Part shown: positions 30,180-35,537 of the stretch, one piece after another | Position numbering within the stretch: position 1 is the first letter of the stretch | Layout: each line of letters begins with the position of its first letter | From: Salisapilia sapeloensis CBS 127946 | Lineage: Eukaryota > Protista > Oomycota | Assembly (NCBI GenBank): GCA_023334545.1 | Contig: JAADVB010000203.1 | Location: 1 to 35,537 of the forward strand | Direction of reading: 5' to 3' | Length of the DNA stretch: 35,537 nt | Notes under the pieces: generated by a model | The model's database searches: none | The model's input: the letters and a program-made list of their open reading frames with translations, nothing else | What the model was told of the DNA's origin: nothing | Made by a program: the position numbers and the translations under genes

Positions 30180-30833
30180 TTAAGGTATGTTAAACGATAC
30201 AGACGATGTCCTTCGAGACTTCAAGTTTAAAGGCCGAGAACTCGTTAGAGCTGACACGGGGTAGCGTCTGAATGTGGCTTGATCAACGTTTTCCTTGTCC
30301 TGGAGTCGTCGGGCTTTAGAGCTCTTTTCCGACGCGTGCCATTCAGAGTCTTGTGTTCGCTCCCTCTTTGGAGCAACTGGATGTCGAGGTGTCCGTAGAT
30401 GAGATGGTTTCATCAATTGACTGTGTAAACGAGAGGGAGAACGTTTGGGAGGACTGCTAAGTGTCTCGGCCGACGGTTGGAAGTAGCGTGCTGCCATACT
30501 CGCTGGCCGAGACTTTGGCAGGACTGGATGTGTATGCTGGAGAAGTTCTGCCGAGGTATCCATCAGCTCTTCTTCACTGCCAAAGGACTTGAAGAAGATA
30601 TCTTCATCAGACATGCTGCTGGCCTGCTGCATTCGTTCTTGTAGCGATGGTCTGTTCATCGAACTCGAGGATGAGATGGCAGGCGGAGCTCCTGCATAAT
30701 GCTGATGAATGGAATTTCGAAATCCTTCTAAGCGACGCTGGTCCTTTTGGGACATGGGAGATATCCAGGATGCATCCTCCTGCATGTCGGCATCGTCATC
30801 GAGCCATGCCGGCCGCATTTCGACGTCCAGCAT
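30180..30833 (-). CDS. Hypothetical disordered Ser/Pro/Arg-rich protein with KEN box (217 aa from the first ATG; frame stays open upstream to 30894)
   Basis: The ORF track starts this at TTG 30884, but the first ATG is at 30833 (MLDVEMRP). It contains DKENVD and SP/TP sites. No family recognised. Confidence 0.7.
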   Translation of the reverse strand: MLDVEMRPAWLDDDADMQEDASWISPMSQKDQRRLEGFRNSIHQHYAGAPPAISSSSSMNRPSLQERMQQASSMSDEDIFFKSFGSEEELMDTSAELLQHTHPVLPKSRPASMAARYFQPSAETLSSPPKRSPSRLHSQLMKPSHLRTPRHPVAPKRERTQDSEWHASEKSSKARRLQDKENVDQATFRRYPVSALTSSRPLNLKSRRTSSVSFNIP

Positions 30834-30968
30834 TGTATAGAATTTTACTATGTGTTTCCCGCGTTCGAAAAGCTGTTCGTTCAAATGGCGTGGACTATAG
30901 ATTATTTCGTATAGAAATGAAATAGAAAACGGAAAGTAAACTTTTTTGTACTTTTACCGTTCCTCTTG

Positions 30969-33900
30969 CTAGCAAATATCCTTTCGAGCTATACCTAGGA
31001 TTCCGAGCAACCGATCTTGTTGCATGGAGCTCAACTTATTCGCTGACTGCATCATAGACGAACCAAGTTTATCGTACAAGGCTTGAAGTAACTGAGCATT
31101 GACTTCTTTGATGTCTGCTCGAGCTTCTTTCATCAAGTTGAATGCGACTGGTAGCACATATCTAGAGATACAAGTTCATGAATTAGAAATACTGCAGGTA
31201 TTTATCTCACATTAGCAATATACCTGGTGAGCGCACTACTAAGTTTCTCGTCACACTGTTGTGTCAACCCTGCCAGGCTCGATACTAGAAATGGTTTGGT
31301 TTTAACATTTGCCGATCCTATGGCAACGGACAAATGTTGGCACATTGCTCTTTCATCCGCATGAGTACAAAGCGATTGAAGGTTCGCTTTGGCTAGCTCT
31401 GACAATCTAGTATTACTCGAGGCAACGTTTTTGACGATAGAAGTGAGGAAAGGTGGCAAGACCACTTCCATCGTACTACCGAGAACTGGCATCATCTTGA
31501 TCATGCTCTCGAGCGCTAGCATATTTACTTTAGAATTCCCATCCTCGGTGCGCTTGATGATCGCGTCAAAGAAAGGAAGTAGTCGGCTACTGCTACACAG
31601 TCCCGGACCTGAATCCTCGACAAGTTTAGTCGCGTCCTGCAACGCCTTGTACCGAACTTCCCAATTGTTGTTTTCCAATCGCTTTTGTACGTCCTCAAAT
31701 TCCTCCACTTCTGAAGATGATAATTGCACTCGCTGTGTTTGAACCTTTCTACCGGCCGACGACGTTCCTCGCATCATATTCTTCTTGGCAGGCTGAGATG
31801 AAGCTCTTGTACTTGGTTGGTTCGTGACCAGTCTTTTCGTACTGTTATTTGCAGTATCCATCCGCTGAAGGGAGCTAATGGTTGCAGTCTGTAGTATTTG
31901 GTGAAGCTTTCCGTGAGAACTGGTCGGAAGCACTTCCTTTAGTTCACTTTCTTTCATGCCCAGAGTAGCATGCAGGTACACAACAACAGCTTTAGCTAAA
32001 GCTCTGACATCTTGATTCGCATCCTCCAGCATTTTGCCTACTGTCAACAAGGCTGGAGAGAGCTCCTGACCTATGCGAACCTTATTGCTGATCCGCTCGA
32101 AGACGTAGCGTATGCTCCTCGCGACTTCCTTCCGAATAGCAACAGCTCGACTGGAAGCATATGAAGTGAGTAGAGGGATGTATTTGCTCGATGAACAGCT
32201 TTGAATGATCACTTGAATAGACGTGGAAGCCGCTTCACAGACGAATGCATTCGAGTCAGCACTTCGCTTTAACAAAACTGGAATAATTCCGCCCAACTCT
32301 TGATCCATCGTCTTACCAAAGTTGCTACACATAGCATTTAGTGCTAGGAAGCCGTTCTTGCATACTGAAGATCGGAGACTAGTAACGTGGCGAATAACTT
32401 CGGTGCATACGATATGAGCTCTTTCGCGCAAAAGCATAGGATGGTGATGTGCTAGTCGTCGTATCATAGTCAAGGCATTAAAGTTGACTTCCCAGTCATC
32501 ACTCTGTAGTTGAGGCAAGAGCTTGCTCATCACATCTTTTGGGCTAGTTACTGCAGTCAACTCTTCGTCCTCTAGATACCGTGCATCTTGTTTACCAGCG
32601 ATATTACTAAACTCTTTCTGTTCGGTTGACATTTGTACAGGACGACGTCTTAATGGTCGCTTCTTTTGACACTCTTCAATTTCAATACCTTCACCTCCAA
32701 CACTCGGGTGTGTGTTCACAGTATCTCTTGTCTCTTCCATCTTGTAAGATATCCTCTGCTTTGGTGGCAGCTCCGATTCTATGAAAGACGTTGATATGTT
32801 TGCACCTTTCTCTTGAACCTTATCGGAAGCTAACTGCGCTGCCTGCTGCTTTTGCTTCGCTTCCAACCTCTTCCTTGTCGCCAGTGATATGGGTCTTTTG
32901 GGCTTTGCTGTACCTCTGTCCGTGATCACTATTTCCTCCGGGGCACTTTCGTCCATTTCACCACGTCCATCTCCTTCATGAGACTCGAAATAGTCACCAT
33001 GCGCTCTGTTTCGGTTCCTTTTATGAATTGGAGAATTACCTTGGAAATTGTCACGACAAGTGAAACTTTTACTTGCAGCTTCACTTTCCATTTCCTGAAG
33101 CTTCTGTGGGCTGTAGATTGCGTCCACAGCGCACGGTTCGTCTACATGGTGCAATCGTCGAGACAACTTAGGTTTTGTCGGAGAAGCATGTACTTGAAAC
33201 GGTATTGATGTATGCAACGGGACGCCAGCAGAAGCAGTGTCATTTCCAAGCACCTCTTCTTCTTCGCTGTCCGTAAACGCATCGTCTCTTGGACTACCTT
33301 GTTCATCCTCTCTCACACCACTCGCCAAATTAAGTTTATGATTCTGTCGATTGCTTGTGGTCGAATCATTACGCTTGCGATTACTGGTTCCGCTGGTCGG
33401 CATGCCAAGAAAGGGTTGATCACAAACCAAGTCAGGACCTACAGCACTGGTATCGTCCACCTCAAACGTTTCGCATGTTTCTTCATCCAAAAAGAACATG
33501 AGGCTGCCGTCTTGGCAAAGCTTGGGCGACTGTTTTCGATGAATCCTTTGTGTCAGAGTTTCCGTGTCAATTTGATCAAGTACCTCCTCGTCTAAGACCG
33601 ACTCCAACGCTGTCACTATCTTTCTCTGGTGTATACAACCGAGTGTTACAATGAGCTCATAAGCCATCCCTCGCACACTGTCGTCAATGTCGACTAAAAG
33701 CTCCCCAACGGTGCCAGACAGATCCTTCGGCAACGTAAAATGTACACGGCCATGGTTGGCTCCCTCGTCAGCTAGCAACAGGACAATCCACATTCGGAGG
33801 GCATGGTTTTGGCCTCGGCTATTTTTCTCACGCAAAGATGGAACTAGAGCGTACACTGCATTAGACAGATCGACACCGTCTGACTTCACCCACTTCCTAA

Positions 33901-35182
33901 CCATTCTGTTCGCATGAGCCGATAAGCTGTGGTCTTCGCCAAATCGCGACACTAATTTGACGAGATAAGGTAGAACACTTTCAAGAAGAGCAGGTATTTC
34001 CTCTTTTTTCGATAGATCCCAATACTCAATGCACTTCAAAGCAATTACCTCCACGATATCTAATGATTTGGTAACCACGTTGATATCGTCGTCTGTGAAT
34101 AGGGAGCAACAGATAGAAAGTAACTCATGAATATCTCTCTCAGGTAGGTCACCGATTACTGCGGGCTCTGTCTGTCGACATAGATTCAGTAACTGCTCGA
34201 TGGCTTTCCTCCTTTCACTATCTTCGAGATGACTTTCACAAGTTTCCGATACGAGGACATTCAGCATATACTGGGGTACAAAACCAAATTGCAATATCGT
34301 CGTTGAATTTGCTGTCAGCTCTGAGGTGGCGGACATCATGCTTTCTCGTGAATCCGGCGGTGATCGATCCGATATAGACTGAGGTAGCGTCGAGTGCAAA
34401 TAATGTTTCGTAGTCCATGCTGCTTCATAAAGCATTCGGATAGGCTCCCGATGCTCCGCAAGTGTCTGGCGATCCTCAGCACTGAGAAAGCCCACGGCTT
34501 TCTCAAATTCCCCTCCCCAATGTACCTGAAGTTTAGCAACAACTTCCTCTGCTGCTACAACAACGCTCTCTTCTTCATCTTCCAACATTGGCACCGTTGC
34601 TTGGATAAGGAAAACAATAAGTTCTTGATCAGCTTTGGACAGCACACTCGGCGTAGCACTGCGTTGTCTAGTATGAGCAAACTTGTCTTCCACGAGACGA
34701 AGAACCACCATCAAAGATGCCTCCCGGACATATGAATCATCATTTGCCATCCCAATATTGACCATGAGGTCTGTCACACCTTCTAAATCCCCCGCCACAT
34801 TGATGTATTTCTCGAAAACAGTAAATGTTTCATCATGGAGTTGCACAGGAGCATCTTCATCTCGAATGTTTCGACATTCTTCCCAAGACCTTGACGGCAG
34901 CTTTGGTACAAGATGTGGTAATATCGAGGAGAGGATGAGGGAAGCATCGCCTCCAATGATGGACATGACGTCTTGCACAAGTAACAATGCTTCGAAGGCA
35001 ATAGACCAATTGTCTGACAGAATACGTCGACGAACAGCATGCAGAAAGCGGCGAACGTTTCGGACAGGAAAGTAGGATTCCTCCACAGCAGCAACCTTAC
35101 GTAGCTTCTGTAAAGCATTCAATCGCACATCCGCATTCTCGTCCTCCAATTGATATACTAGCGTATCCACGTTTCCACTCAT
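30969..35182 (-). CDS. TOG/HEAT-repeat microtubule regulator (TOGARAM/crescerin or CLASP-like), ~1383 aa, 2 exons
   Basis: TOG-type motifs LQSDDWEVNFNALTMIRRLAHHH, VTSLRSSVCKNG, LLKRSADSNAFVCEAA, LENNNWEVRYKAL and DGNSKVNMLALE. A 62-nt phase-2 intron at 31162-31223 joins to ORF 30969-31157 and gives LTR|YVLPVAFNL. Confidence 0.88.
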
Positions 35183-35425
35183 CTTTCACAACTAATGACC
35201 TATTAGCTGCTCAAGCGTGATAAAAATAAAGTGAAACGCCTCTAGCGAAGTAGCTTACTAGCATTAAATACGCTTGAATTAATTAAAGTCGATGTAATGG
35301 ACATCCAATTCCAACAACTATCGAGCTTCCGATTAAAGTGTGATGGTTTGAGTTTACCATGCCCCCTCTGAGCTAACCTTCAATCTCGTGCAGCTGCTTG
35401 CGCGAGCTAGCAGTCTAGCAGTGTT

Positions 35426-35441
35426 CTCAGTCCAAATTTTG
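35426..35441 (+). promoter_or_regulatory. Inr+FPR-like core promoter for a gene starting at 35488
   Basis: CTCAGTCCAAATTTTG resembles TCAYTYY-NNN-WTTY and ends about 47 nt upstream of an ATG. Confidence 0.45.
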
Positions 35442-35487
35442 ATTCCTACTGGCAACAACCTCGGGAGCAAACAAGAAGCGAGCCGTG

Positions 35488-35537
35488 ATGTCTACGAATA
35501 ACCAAAGTGGAAGAGGACGTGGAAGAGGGGGTAGTCG
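35488..35537 (+). CDS. 5' end of a probable gene with an RG-repeat N-terminus (truncated by the window edge)
   Basis: ATG TCT ACG AAT AAC CAA AGT GGA AGA GGA CGT GGA AGA GGG GGT AGT translates to MSTNNQSGRGRGRGGS, and the frame is open to the edge. Confidence 0.5.
   Translation, partial: MSTNNQSGRGRGRGGS

Noticed and set aside
1-35537. tRNA, rRNA, spliceosomal snRNA, CRISPR array, transposase/RT/integrase, selenoprotein or alternative genetic code
   Set aside because: No diagnostic motifs seen by eye. All recognised genes translate cleanly with the standard code once introns are removed. tRNAscan-SE, Infernal and RepeatMasker were not run.

Overview
This is eukaryotic DNA, gene-dense and rich in introns. 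It looks oomycete-like (inference from an Inr+FPR core promoter, a SHAQKYF-class Myb, PDZ-rich multidomain proteins and short GT-AG introns, mostly 48-62 nt). By joining the supplied ORFs across GT-AG introns by hand I reconstructed about 16 protein-coding genes: a Myb factor, two ankyrin proteins, a TPX2-like protein, a flavin amine oxidase, Pumilio (3 exons), a tail-anchored TPR protein, a PDZ+ZZ protein, a disordered coiled-coil protein, RPS10, a mitochondrial carrier, an ECH1-like crotonase, a ZnF-PDZ-PDZ-PH-C2 protein with a Gly-rich tail, NUP93, a KEN-box protein and a TOG/HEAT protein. A further gene probably starts at the right edge. I saw no rRNA, tRNA, CRISPR array or recognisable transposon. 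The best leads are: (1) a possible leaky UAG-CAA stop plus an intron that would fuse the TOG gene in frame to the downstream ORF; (2) a multidomain protein with five tandem WH2-like helices; (3) an unnamed repeated motif, MYxxVxxVLGF; (4) an oversized intron containing a nested antisense ORF; (5) a cluster of competing hairpins over candidate splice acceptors. Four gene-sized gaps (about 750-1950, 4500-5600, 10430-11740 and 17900-18600) could not be resolved. All domain calls are by eye; no database searches were run.
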